Positions 1 through 9,511 of a DNA stretch of 64,000 bases are shown here, piece after piece. Origin of the DNA: Nitrosopumilaceae archaeon (GTDB lineage Archaea > Thermoproteota > Nitrososphaeria > Nitrososphaerales > Nitrosopumilaceae); contig CBDCCK010000002.1 of the NCBI GenBank assembly GCA_965214835.1, forward strand, positions 288,001 to 352,000. The letters run 5' to 3'. A program made the position numbers and the translations under genes. Each line of letters opens with the position of its first letter. The stretch's first letter is position 1. Below the pieces are notes generated by a model. That model did not search any database, was not told the origin of the DNA, and worked only from the letters and a program-made list of their open reading frames with translations.

Positions 1-1265
1 CCGCGGCAGTCCCGCACGCGTTTGCAGTCTCGCCTGGCCTCCAGGTAGAGACCGTTGCAGAGAATCTAAGGGTACCATGGGCGATGGATTTTGCCCCAGA
101 TGGTAGGATTTTCTTTACCGAGAGGGGAGGACAGATCAGGATCCTTGAGAGCGGCAGGGTGCTCGACGAGCCTGTAAAGGAGCTGGATGTGGGTTCTGTG
201 GAGGGGGGACTGCTAGGAATAGCGCTGGATCCTGACTTTGAGGAGAATCACTACGTCTATGTGTACTATACGTATGCGGATCTCCTCTTCACATACAACA
301 AGGTTGTACGGCTCACCGAGGACGGCGGCAAGCTGACAGACGAGCTTGTCCTGATTGACAGGATTCCAGGGGGCCCAATACACGACGGCGGCCGAATAAG
401 GTTTGCAGACGACGGCACGCTCTACATAACCACGGGAGAGGCCGGGAGGCCGGAACTGGCCCAGGACTTGGATTCGTTGGGCGGAAAGATTCTGCGCATA
501 AACTCAGACGGGAGCATACCCAGAGACAACCCGTTTGGGGGATCAGCCGTCTACTCGCTTGGGCACAGAAACCCCCAGGGGCTGGACTGGGATCCCGTCA
601 CAGGCATGCTGGTAGTCTCCGAGCACGGACCGTCCGGAGAGCGCGGCTTTGCGCACGATGAGATCAACGTGATAGAAAGAGGAGCAAACTACGGCTGGCC
701 GGACATCATAGGGGATGAGACGGAAGAGGGGATGAGGACGGCTATCCTGCACAGCGGAAGTGCGGTATGGGCGCCCTCCGGTGCCACGTTTTATGACTCA
801 GAGGAGATTCCGGAGTTTTCAGGCAAGTTCCTGATGGCCGCACTTGCCGGAAAACACCTTCAGGCAGTCAAGCTGGATCTGGAAAACAACCAGGTGATCA
901 GCTCCGAGGAGTACTTTGCAGGGGACTATGGAAGGCTGAGAGACGTGGCAGTGGATGATGAGGGCAACGTATACATCCTGACGAGCAACCGGGACGGGAG
1001 GGGAATCCCCGCCCAAAATGACGACAGGATTCTAAAGATATCACCGGCCTACCACGAGAAGCAGGCGGATATGACGATTTACGAGCCGCCCCGAAAGCAG
1101 CTGGAGCATACCACGGATCTGTACGATATCAGGTGCAACGAGGGCATGAGGCTGGTCTTCAAAAACCTGGCATGGACTCCGGCATGCGTAAAGAGCACCT
1201 CTGTCGGAAAGCTGATCGACAGAGGATGGGCATCAGAGGACCTGCCAGAGCACATGCGCAACTAG
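1..1265 (+). CDS. PQQ-dependent glucose/sorbosone dehydrogenase-family beta-propeller protein (5' end probably outside window)
   Basis: Motifs 'PW.MDFAPDGRIFFTER', 'GGLLGIALDPDF', 'HDGGRI.F..DG.LYITTG', 'GHRNPQG', 'GRLRDV'; frame is open upstream of the ORF-track start at 84. Confidence 0.85.
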   Translation, partial: AAVPHAFAVSPGLQVETVAENLRVPWAMDFAPDGRIFFTERGGQIRILESGRVLDEPVKELDVGSVEGGLLGIALDPDFEENHYVYVYYTYADLLFTYNKVVRLTEDGGKLTDELVLIDRIPGGPIHDGGRIRFADDGTLYITTGEAGRPELAQDLDSLGGKILRINSDGSIPRDNPFGGSAVYSLGHRNPQGLDWDPVTGMLVVSEHGPSGERGFAHDEINVIERGANYGWPDIIGDETEEGMRTAILHSGSAVWAPSGATFYDSEEIPEFSGKFLMAALAGKHLQAVKLDLENNQVISSEEYFAGDYGRLRDVAVDDEGNVYILTSNRDGRGIPAQNDDRILKISPAYHEKQADMTIYEPPRKQLEHTTDLYDIRCNEGMRLVFKNLAWTPACVKSTSVGKLIDRGWASEDLPEHMRN

Positions 1266-1703
1266 GCCAGCTAGGCAAAATGCGAATGGAACTGCCGTCA
1301 TTGTCTTGCTGCCAAGCATAACTTGAGGCATGGCGCTCGCGAGAACGGAAGCTGTACAGGGAGATTCTCAGCATACGTCGCTTGGCCGTGTCAGCAGATG
1401 CACGCTCACGATTCCCGTAAACCTCCCGGTCCCAGTTTCTCGCTTGACGCCGGCCATCAAAAGGAGGCAGGCAAACAACGTGCTGTTATACATCTGGATT
1501 TGATGGTCGCATTGATCAGTGTCCAACGGGGACGCAGCGCCGTAGTGCGTGCAGTTGAAAGCCGAGCATTTTTTTATCGAAATATGTAGTGTCAAAATTA
1601 TGATCCATTCTTTTGCTGTGCGCACTACAGTACTGCCCGAGTGGTAAGCTCTTACCGGCATAAGCATGACATGAGATATTAAGAGCGGCGGTCGTGAAAG
1701 GCC

Positions 1704-2534
1704 ATGGCCAAGGTGGCACTGGTTACGGGCAGCTCTACTGGTATCGGATATGAGACGTCACTGGCGCTGGCAAGGGACGGATATCATACGTTTGCAAGCA
1801 TGAGGGACACCTCAAAGGCTGCAAAGCTTTTGGAGACTGCCAAAAAGGAGGGTCTCCCTCTGGAGGCAATAGAGCTGGACGTAGACGACGGCGAGTCCGT
1901 AAAAAAGGCAGTTGAAAAGATCACATCCGAAAAGGGGTGCATCGACGTGCTGGTAAACAACGCCGGCTACGGGCAGTTTGGATGTACAGAGGACGTCACC
2001 CTGGACGAGTTCAGGATGCAGTTTGAGACCAATTTCTTCAGCATAGTCAGAATCATTCAGCAGGTTGCCCCCACGATGAGAAGGCAAAAATCCGGCATCA
2101 TCGTAAACGTCAGCTCGGTGGTAGGGAGGATTGGACTGCCGGGATCCACGGCATACATCAGCACGAAATTTGCGCTGGAGGGGCTAAGCGAATGCCTCAG
2201 GTACGAGCTGGGGCAGTTTGGGATAAAGACTACGCTTATCGAGCCCGGAGTCACCAAGACGAACTTTTTTGACTCTATGAGGATTCCAGAGTCAAGGTCA
2301 GACCCCAAGTACAAGGAGATGACTGACAACATCCTGTCAGGACTCAAAATGATGGTCGAGATGGGAACCGAGCCGTCTCAGGTGGCAAGTGTAATCATCG
2401 GGGCGATTCATGACGAGGAGATCCTGCCAAGATATACGGCAGGGACGGATGCGGCCATGTTCATGGAGGCAAGAAAGATGAAGACGGACATCGAGTTTGA
2501 AAGGTACATGTCAAAGGAGCTGTTCTCAGGCTAG
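1704..2534 (+). CDS. Short-chain dehydrogenase/reductase (SDR)
   Basis: TGSSTGIG Rossmann motif, NNAG, YxxxK (YISTK). Confidence 0.92.
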   Translation: MAKVALVTGSSTGIGYETSLALARDGYHTFASMRDTSKAAKLLETAKKEGLPLEAIELDVDDGESVKKAVEKITSEKGCIDVLVNNAGYGQFGCTEDVTLDEFRMQFETNFFSIVRIIQQVAPTMRRQKSGIIVNVSSVVGRIGLPGSTAYISTKFALEGLSECLRYELGQFGIKTTLIEPGVTKTNFFDSMRIPESRSDPKYKEMTDNILSGLKMMVEMGTEPSQVASVIIGAIHDEEILPRYTAGTDAAMFMEARKMKTDIEFERYMSKELFSG

Positions 2535-2745
2535 CCTGAACCCCTACGTTAAATTGATGTGCGTATACCGTGGAATTTCGGCAGTATGCAGTTTTTAGGA
2601 ATGAAAAAGGATGAAAAAGACGGAAAAAGCTGTACGCCGCGGCGCTGCAGAAAAAATTCCTCTGGGTGCAAAAGGAAAAGATCAGCTGGAAGAAGATAGC
2701 CAGACAATAATCATTTAAAAAGAAGATACAGTGATGGTTTTTTGA

Positions 2746-2860
2746 GCCGGGGTAGCTCAGCCTGGTTAGAGTGCCAGATAACTTGGCAGACTCTAAGGGT
2801 TCTCCAACTAAGGCAATACTCATAATCTGGAGGTCGCGAGTTCGAAACTCGCCCCCGGCA
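2746..2860 (+). tRNA. tRNA-Met(CAT), elongator type, with ~40-nt intron at non-canonical position 30/31 (2778-2817)
   Basis: GCCGGGG/CCCCGGC acceptor, D arm GCTC..GAGT, anticodon stem CCAGA/TCTGG, CT-CAT-AA loop, TTCGAAA T loop; BHB helix TGCC/GGCA with AGA and ATA bulges. Confidence 0.9.
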
Positions 2861-2906
2861 TACACAAACCGGCTTTACTGGGGTTGATCAATATCAGAGG
2901 GGCATC

Positions 2907-3470
2907 ATGACGGAGCCAACAAGGAATGACCCGGTCTTGCTGCTGGTAAAAAAGGCCACAGATGGTGAAAAGGCCAAAACTCCGGGAGTGATGGGCAAAA
3001 AGGCACTGCAAAAGAGCATGTATTTTTTTAATGAGGCATTCAACCTGCTTACCTTCAAATGGAAAGACCATGGGCCGTTTTCTGGAGAAATTCAGCAAAC
3101 AGTACGTGATTTTGTGAGCAATAAAAGAATAAAGGTGGAAGACCTGCCTGCAAAAAAAGACGGAATCCACACAAGAAGCATGACGTTTGTAAAGTCACAT
3201 AATCAGTATTTTGCAGAGATCAAGTTCCCAGAGCAGGCTGACAAAAAAATGAACGAGATGGTACACTTTACAAGTGGAAGGTAGCCTAGGGAACTAGAAC
3301 TGCTAGCCTCGGTGCATTACTGGGCAAAAAGGCAGCTTGGAATGTCAGATGAATATACCACAGGACGCATACACAGAAAACTAGCAGAGCTAAAACCAGA
3401 TGCAGGGTTTGTAGAGGAGAATGTCGAATCAGCCCTTTCCACATTAAAATCCAGCAATCATTTAGAGTAA
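2907..3470 (+). pseudogene. YwgA/DarG-C/Panacea-like protein interrupted by an in-frame TAG at 3282-3284
   Basis: 'LQKSMYF..FKWKDHGPFS' then, past the TAG in the same frame, 'PRELELLASVHYW...' to TAA at 3470; low GC, directly downstream of tRNA. Confidence 0.6.
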
Positions 3471-3668
3471 ATAGGGCAAGGCAAAAACTGTCGAAACAGC
3501 ATATGCCCTGTGTCAGGCCAATTCGTATTAACGCCATACAGTAGAGCCTGCCTCGCATGCTAAGATGCAAGCTGCCATACCGGCAGGCAAGAGCTCTCGG
3601 AATATTTCGTGATCAGATACTCCCACAAGCAGCAGATGGCCTTTAAGAATTTATGATTGCCAGCATAG

Positions 3669-3748
3669 TAAACCTTATGCGTAATTGCCAAAAATGACGT
3701 AAAAGCTGGCTGATTTTTTTGATTTTAACCGATTACGCACAAGGTCTA
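3669..3748. mobile_element. MITE family D (TAGAC-type TIR)
   Basis: Imperfect TIR TAAACCTTATGCGTAATTG / CGATTACGCACAAGGTCTA; related to 39345-39426 and 41875. Confidence 0.55.
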
Positions 3749-3755
3749 GTATGCA

Positions 3756-4624
3756 CTACCCTCTGATAGAGACCACCAGATCCACCCTGTAGTCCATCTC
3801 GATTCTGTCGCTGATTTTTAGCCTCCAGGGGATAAAGCTTGGCTTTTGCGTATCCTCTGAGATCTGAAAGCGCCGTCCTTCTAGCTCAGAGCGCAGGGAG
3901 TCAGGCCCGACGGGGCGGCGGACCGAGGATGCGCCGCGGTTGTTGTCGTATGGATCTGCCAGAATCAGGGTTTTTCTGACCTGCCTTGATAGAACAGACA
4001 GTAGTTCCCGTGGCTCTATGATCTCCAACAGGTTAAGGCCGACTATTGTATCGAATTTTTTGTCCCCAAAGGGGTGGTTAAGGGAGTCTGCCACGAAATA
4101 GTCCAGCTTTTCATTAAAGGCAGTCTTGGCGACAAAAAGCGCAGAAAATGACCTGTCGATTCCAAATGCGCGCCTGTTGTGTCTTGAGAGGTGCTCAGCT
4201 ACGATGCCAACAGAGCAGCCGTGCTCTAGGGCCACGCCAGGATCCAGCCCTGCGATGACCTGCTTGATTTTCAAATAAAGGGCCGAATCCCTGCTTGAGG
4301 AGTATACCTGCGCCAGTGGGACTCGTGATCACTCCTGTCGGTCTGGAGCCTGCCACCCCTAAGGGACTGCCTGATGAGGGATTTAAGCCGAGGGTTCCGG
4401 GCTTGTGCATGCAGCAATCCGCCGAGTTTTGGCCTCTCAGAGAGGTAGGATTGAGGCGTTCTCCACAGTACTGGAATCTTCATTACAATGGGAAACACAT
4501 GACTGCACTCTTTGCAGGTGAGAAATCCCTCGTTGACCTCCTTGGTTGCATCAAAAACATCGAGCTCCAACTCCCCGCCGCAGTTTACACACCTCAGGTA
4601 CTCCAGGCTGGACTCGTGCATCAA
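3756..4624 (-). pseudogene. Trm112-like Zn-ribbon + SAM methyltransferase, split by a 1-nt frameshift near 4312
   Basis: N-part 'LEYLRCVNCGG..LTCKEC..FPIV.KIPVL' (4271-4624) and C-part with 'LEHGCSVG' SAM motif (3756-4274); adding one G at TGG(G)CG gives continuous HWAQVYSSSRDSALYLKIKQ. Confidence 0.7.
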
Positions 4625-4705
4625 AAACTGGTTTGTCTTTGCGGTATAATACCCATGCTGAGCCTCAAGATAATATTAAATGGAGTGCAGGCCCGAGTGT
4701 CTGCA

Positions 4706-5896
4706 ATGGGGGAGTTTGAGGAGTTTGCCGAGGCGCTCTTTGGCCAGCTCAGCGTGGAGCTTGACGAGGAACGGGAGATTGCGGAGCTGGCCGCAAGGGC
4801 TAGGGAGACGCTTCCCGAAAACATCCGGTTCAGGGAGCTGGAGGACGTTGCAGGCGGGGTTTTGCCAGAATGCAGGCAAAAGGCAGAGGAGTTTCTGGGA
4901 GTGGCGGTTCCGGAGAATATCGATGTAAAGTTTCCCGAGCTCTCGGAGCTAAAAAAGCTCAAGGGCGACAAGGTCTTCGCAGACGAGGAGTCAGGAGGGT
5001 TTGTAAGGGATCTGTTTGAGGCAGTCTCAGTGGAGGACCAGTCAAGGATAGCAGAACTGATGAGGAAGGACACTGCAAAATACCTTGTTTACTCCACATA
5101 CGCAATACAGTACATCTCAAAGATCACGACCACGTATGGGGACTATCTGGACTCGGTAATCTACCTAAACAAGTTTATTCTATCAAGGTATCCCTCGATA
5201 ATCCTGCAAAAACGGGGGGAGCCATACGAGGCAAACTTTGAAAGCATCAACTCCGGATACCTGGGGGCAGTCAAGATGACGGTCCTCGAGGAGATGGTAC
5301 ACTCGACCCAGGAAAGCCTGCAGCAGATCAACATCAGGGCCGCACAACAGGTAAACAGAATCAACGAAGAGCTTGCAGACATAGTTTTGGGGCTAGATGC
5401 AAGGACGGTGGACGAGCTGGCAGAATACTGCCAGCTCCAGGCCGTGCCAGAGGACTTTCCGTTTGCAAAGAGGGCAAACCTGTTTTTCTTTCTGAACCCG
5501 GACCACTTCCTAACAGAGCAGATCGGGCCGGACGTCATGACGTTTACGCACGTGGAGATCGACCCCAAGATCGGCGAGGCGATTCCGCAGCTGCTGGACA
5601 TATACAGTAGGTGGCTGGCCCCAATCCAGCAGCATCATGCCGCCTTTACAGCCATGGAGGGAATGGCGGCCTTTGCAGTCGAGCGCATCCTAAAAGGCGA
5701 CAGGGACTTTCAGACGTATCTTGCCACGTTCATGGGGACCGACTTTTCGTCATACCAGGTAAGGAAGGGCATGGGCAGGGACTTTGTCAAGGCGGCCTTT
5801 GAAAGGCACGAAAGGGGGGCATTCAAAAAAATCATCGATGCGCCGCCTACGACAAGGGAGCTAAAAGACCCGCAGGCGTATTTGGGCAGACTCTAG
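4706..5896 (+). CDS. Conserved hypothetical protein, possible zincin-like fold
   Basis: Long ORF with coding-like codon usage; likely ATG 4706; 'LEEMVHSTQ' and 'AMEGMAAF..Y..G..FV' resemble zincin-like (DUF2342) motifs. Confidence 0.7.
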   Translation: MGEFEEFAEALFGQLSVELDEEREIAELAARARETLPENIRFRELEDVAGGVLPECRQKAEEFLGVAVPENIDVKFPELSELKKLKGDKVFADEESGGFVRDLFEAVSVEDQSRIAELMRKDTAKYLVYSTYAIQYISKITTTYGDYLDSVIYLNKFILSRYPSIILQKRGEPYEANFESINSGYLGAVKMTVLEEMVHSTQESLQQINIRAAQQVNRINEELADIVLGLDARTVDELAEYCQLQAVPEDFPFAKRANLFFFLNPDHFLTEQIGPDVMTFTHVEIDPKIGEAIPQLLDIYSRWLAPIQQHHAAFTAMEGMAAFAVERILKGDRDFQTYLATFMGTDFSSYQVRKGMGRDFVKAAFERHERGAFKKIIDAPPTTRELKDPQAYLGRL

Positions 5897-5905
5897 GCAT
5901 GCGCT

Positions 5906-6724
5906 TTGATCCCAGATACTAGATCCAGGATTGCACGGTGGTTGGAAATCGTGGAGAGTCCCGGCCTGAGCCTTGCCGAAAAGAGCCTGAACCTGGCAAG
6001 AATCGTAGAGTATCCGGATCTTGACATAAAAAAATACACGGACAGGATTGGGGAGATCGGAGCATCGCTGCGCGAGGCTGCCGGCGGCGTAAAAAACCCC
6101 ACATATCTCATCTCCGTGCTAAACGAGCACCTCTTTGACAACTTTGGCATGACGGGGGACGAGGACGACTATTATGATCCAAAAAATAACTTTGTAAACG
6201 AGGTAATTGACAAAAAGTCCGGACTGCCGATTACCATCTCGGTGATCTACGTCGAGGTGGCAAGGCACGTGGGACTGGATCTGCAGATCGTCGGGTTCCC
6301 AAGCCACGTCCTTGTAAAGTACGGGGAGGAGCTGATAATCGATCCGTTCTACGGCGGCAGGGTGCTTGGAGTCGAGGAGCTGCAGCAGATTTTGGATCTG
6401 AACTTCGGCGGGGAGGTAGAGTTTGCACCAGAGTTCTTGGATGCGATCTCAGGTGAGAGGACGCTGGCCAGGATAGCCAGAAACCTGAAAAACTCCTACA
6501 TGCAATCGTATGCGTTTGAGAAGGCAGAGCTGTGCGCGGATCTTGTGACGGCCATGGAGCAGGACGTCCCCGAGGACGTAAGAGACAGGGGGATCATCGA
6601 GGAGGGGCTCTCAAGGTTCGAGCCTGCACTGGCGCACCTCAATCGGTACCTAGAGATGAACCCGAATGCACGGGACGCAGACTATGTCTTGGATTTGATC
6701 AGAAATATTAGAGCAAGGGTCTAG
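5906..6724 (+). CDS. SirB1/transglutaminase-like protein with C-terminal TPR
   Basis: 'GDEDDYYDPKNNFVNEVIDKKSGLPITISVIY', 'GFPSHVLV', 'IDPFYGG', 'RNLKNSY'. Confidence 0.88.
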   Translation: MIPDTRSRIARWLEIVESPGLSLAEKSLNLARIVEYPDLDIKKYTDRIGEIGASLREAAGGVKNPTYLISVLNEHLFDNFGMTGDEDDYYDPKNNFVNEVIDKKSGLPITISVIYVEVARHVGLDLQIVGFPSHVLVKYGEELIIDPFYGGRVLGVEELQQILDLNFGGEVEFAPEFLDAISGERTLARIARNLKNSYMQSYAFEKAELCADLVTAMEQDVPEDVRDRGIIEEGLSRFEPALAHLNRYLEMNPNARDADYVLDLIRNIRARV

Positions 6725-6894
6725 TCGATGATCGAGCTTACATCATTGCCTTTTTTGATCTGGGAGATCTCATGGCGGGCAATCCTGTTTCTCAGTGCGC
6801 GCTTGAGGATGTTTATCTCCTCCCTCAGCAATGCGACCTCGTCTTCTAGCTTGGCCACCCTCTCATAAATGGTCTCTGCTTCGTCTGAACTCAT
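6721..6894 (-). CDS. Small coiled-coil hypothetical protein (57 aa, not in ORF track)
   Basis: MSSDEAETIYERVAKLEDEVALLRGEINILKRALRNRIARHEISQIKKGNDVSSIID*; stop overlaps convergent gene (CTAG). Confidence 0.7.
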   Translation of the reverse strand: MSSDEAETIYERVAKLEDEVALLREEINILKRALRNRIARHEISQIKKGNDVSSIID

Positions 6895-6952
6895 GCTGTG
6901 ATAGTGAAAAAATTATCTTAAAAAGTTATGGGTTTGCTCGCCTGCGGCTAGG

Positions 6953-7114
6953 CTACAGGTCAAACTCCTGCCGGCACTTTTCACACTTGCACTTTTCCTG
7001 GCCGGGGTGTCCAATCAGGAATATGCGCCCGATTGTCTGGCACATAGGGCACATGCCCGTCGTGACGTTTTTTGGACCTGTCCTGATGATTTTCTGGGTC
7101 TTTCGGCGTCCCAT
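6953..7114 (-). CDS. Small basic Zn-ribbon protein (53 aa, not in ORF track)
   Basis: MGRRKTQKIIRTGPKNVTTGMCPMCQ...KCKCEKCRQEFDL*; two CxxC pairs. Confidence 0.75.
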   Translation of the reverse strand: MGRRKTQKIIRTGPKNVTTGMCPMCQTIGRIFLIGHPGQEKCKCEKCRQEFDL

Positions 7115-7156
7115 GACATGGAATCCATTTTCGGATTATTAAGTCTAATTTTTAAG

Positions 7157-7243
7157 TGGCGCGGGGAGGGGGATTTGAACCCCCGTGTCCTTGCGGACAT
7201 GGGATTAGCAATCCCACGCCCTACCAGGCTAGGCGATCCCCGC
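7157..7243 (-). tRNA. tRNA-Ser(GCT) with encoded CCA
   Basis: Revcomp GCGGGGATCGCCTAGCCTGGTAGGGCGTGGGATT-GCT-AATCCCA, long variable arm, GGTTCAAATCC, ends GCCA. Confidence 0.95.
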
Positions 7244-7275
7244 ACGGCTTGGCTAGGACTGTTCTGTAAATAAAT

Positions 7276-8022
7276 TCACTCTTCTCCAAACCGGGCATAG
7301 TTTCTGACTATATCCTCAATGGGAATGCGCTTGCCTCCCACTATCTGGAGATCCACATGAACCTTCCTGTTTTTGACGGTGATGATGTTGTAGGTGTTCT
7401 CAAAAAGACCCCTGACCCGCTCGGATGTGGCGGTTCCGGCATTTACCACCATGAGCTCGCCAAAGTTCCAGGCCCAGGGCCTGTGCTTGTGACCGCACAG
7501 GACGAGATTGACGTGGGTTGCAAGTATCGTTCGAAGCACGTCGCCTGCATCCACAACCGTCAGCTGATCAGATCCGGTATCAGGAATGGCAACTAGGTGG
7601 TGGTGCATCGCTAGGATCTTTACCTTGTTTTTGTATTTTTTCATGGTTCTCTCCAGCCACAGGTTCTGACGATATCCGACCTCCCCGTCATTTCTGTCAG
7701 GCCTGGCGGTGCCAAGGATCACCAGGACGGTATCCCGGTCTAGCTCGTTAACTGCCTCAAAGGGAAAGTATTTTTTGAACAGCAGGTATCCGGTGTTTCT
7801 ATAGTCGTGGTTTCCGCTGATTGTGATTAGCTTTCTGGTTTTGATCTTGCCCAAAAGGCTCCTGCATGCCTCGTACTCTTTTACGAGTCCCTCGTTGGTC
7901 AGATCCCCGGTTACTACGACCACGTCGGGCTTGAGGGAGTTTACCTCCCTGACCAGTCTTGAGAAAACGTCGGGTCGGAACTGGGAGCCGACGTGAAGAT
8001 CAGATATCTGAACAATTATCAT
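7276..8022 (-). CDS. Calcineurin-like metallophosphoesterase
   Basis: DLH, GDLT, GNHD, HHH, GHKH motifs. Confidence 0.92.
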   Translation of the reverse strand: MIIVQISDLHVGSQFRPDVFSRLVREVNSLKPDVVVVTGDLTNEGLVKEYEACRSLLGKIKTRKLITISGNHDYRNTGYLLFKKYFPFEAVNELDRDTVLVILGTARPDRNDGEVGYRQNLWLERTMKKYKNKVKILAMHHHLVAIPDTGSDQLTVVDAGDVLRTILATHVNLVLCGHKHRPWAWNFGELMVVNAGTATSERVRGLFENTYNIITVKNRKVHVDLQIVGGKRIPIEDIVRNYARFGEE

Positions 8023-8481
8023 GTTTGGTTAGAGTATCAGATTTTTGTTATTAAGTTGTCCCTATAGACAATACATAGTCGGAAACACAGATGGGGCAAA
8101 ATGCAGCCATGTGTACACCGGACTGGCAGGAGCCGGGCAGTACTGCACGCAGGCAGGAACCTGGCCAGGTACAAGATGATCCGAATTCCCTGGGCTTGGA
8201 GCACACCCTGCCCGGCACGGGTCACCGATCCCAGCCAAGGCCGCGCCCCAAAAGATCAGACAGCCGCTCGCTGTGCGGACGGAAATAGTCAGCCAGCATC
8301 CTGCGCGCATCACGTGGGTGCCGGCGACCTGCCTGACTCGCCATGGATGGGAAAGTACAGGTACGAGCCGCCCCGTGCGGGTGATCCCGCCGGGCTCAAC
8401 GCGGGCAGCCACCCCCCGATGAGGCGTCGTCAAACGGCTCGTCCCAGAAACCCAGGGGACCCATCAAGCACACCCTGCCTG

Positions 8482-8622
8482 TAGTCAACCCATAAAAGAA
8501 ACGTACAGCTTCAACAACTGCTTTTGGCCTAAAGATCTAGGATCAGGCAAACCATGCGCACATGCCATGAGAAGGCAGACAGAATTCGTGGCATCAAGGG
8601 ACAAATTCTTGCCAAAAAGGCG
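8482..8622 (+). mobile_element. Degenerate left-end fragment of the IS630 element at 9512-10653
   Basis: TAGTCAACCCATAAAAGAAACG..AAAGATCTA..CAGG aligns with revcomp of 10510-10653. Confidence 0.65.
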
Positions 8623-8705
8623 TACTAGAGGGTTGTTTCCTAATTCGGTAATTGGCCTAATTCTCTAAATTCTTCCCTGCATTGATCAGAACGGGTGTAG
8701 GCTCT

Positions 8706-8798
8706 GTACGAGGCCACGTCCCCTTGCTAGCCAGGCATGAAAGTCATAGTCATGCATACCAACTCGTGCCTGATTGGCGGGAGTAGGTGATCTCGTAC
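8706..8798. mobile_element. MITE family C (93 bp)
   Basis: TIR GTACGAGGCCAC/GTGATCTCGTAC; interior homologous to revcomp of 60693-60785. Confidence 0.7.
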
Positions 8799-9220
8799 CC
8801 TCTAATGACCAAACACAAGAGGCGCAAGGAGTACAAGTACTACCATGCTACCCATACCCAAGAACCGGGGCTGCTATGACCCCTTTTTGCTCAGCTTTGA
8901 GAGTTCTGAGTATGTGATTTTCATCAGATCATTTGAAAGCCGTTTTGGCCCCCACGGCGAGGGGCAGGTATAACTACCTGGCTATCCAGTCATCCAGATC
9001 ACTTTTTTTGTGCCAAACCGGACGGGTACCGTGTTGCTATTGTGGCTTGTCCCCCGCGGCGATGTCGCCTTTCAGATCAGATACTATTCTACCTGCTTGT
9101 TTCAGGCGATACAAAAGCAAGTCCAGAACAGCTTCGATGCCTGACGCTCAGGACATTCATTACAAATGGCAATGGCTACGCATGATAATAGTGTGTACTT
9201 GGCATATTCTATTAGGTATT

Positions 9221-9503
9221 GAGATGATCCGAAATTAGAAACCGTGCAGATCATTGCCCGGATTTTTCTGTACATTTGCCAAGTGATTTACAGATAACTT
9301 GTAATTTGCAAGCATTTTTTTAATCGATTTAATGCAAGCAAACTCGTTCATGCATGATCCGAACTTCGAATCAACTACTCTCAGCATCGTGTGCGAGCTG
9401 GCCAAACTGAGGGCACTGGCCAGAATCACTGCTACTACCTGATGGAGGTCGACCGCAGAGCAGCTACGGACGGGGCACTCGGCGTCTAATTTCGGATCAC
9501 CTC
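9221..9503. mobile_element. Non-autonomous element with 19-bp TIR
   Basis: GAGATGATCCGAAATTAGA (9221-9239) vs TCTAATTTCGGATCACCTC (9485-9503), 18/19 complementary. Confidence 0.65.
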
Positions 9504-9511
9504 TCTGCCCG

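Noticed and set aside
1270-1640. IS1/IS1595-like remnant with GGCA...TGCC ends
   Set aside because: IR only about 4 bp, no TSD, no recognisable transposase
4295-4705. N-terminal extension of the 533-aa ORF
   Set aside because: Antisense shadow of the methyltransferase gene; real start likely ATG 4706
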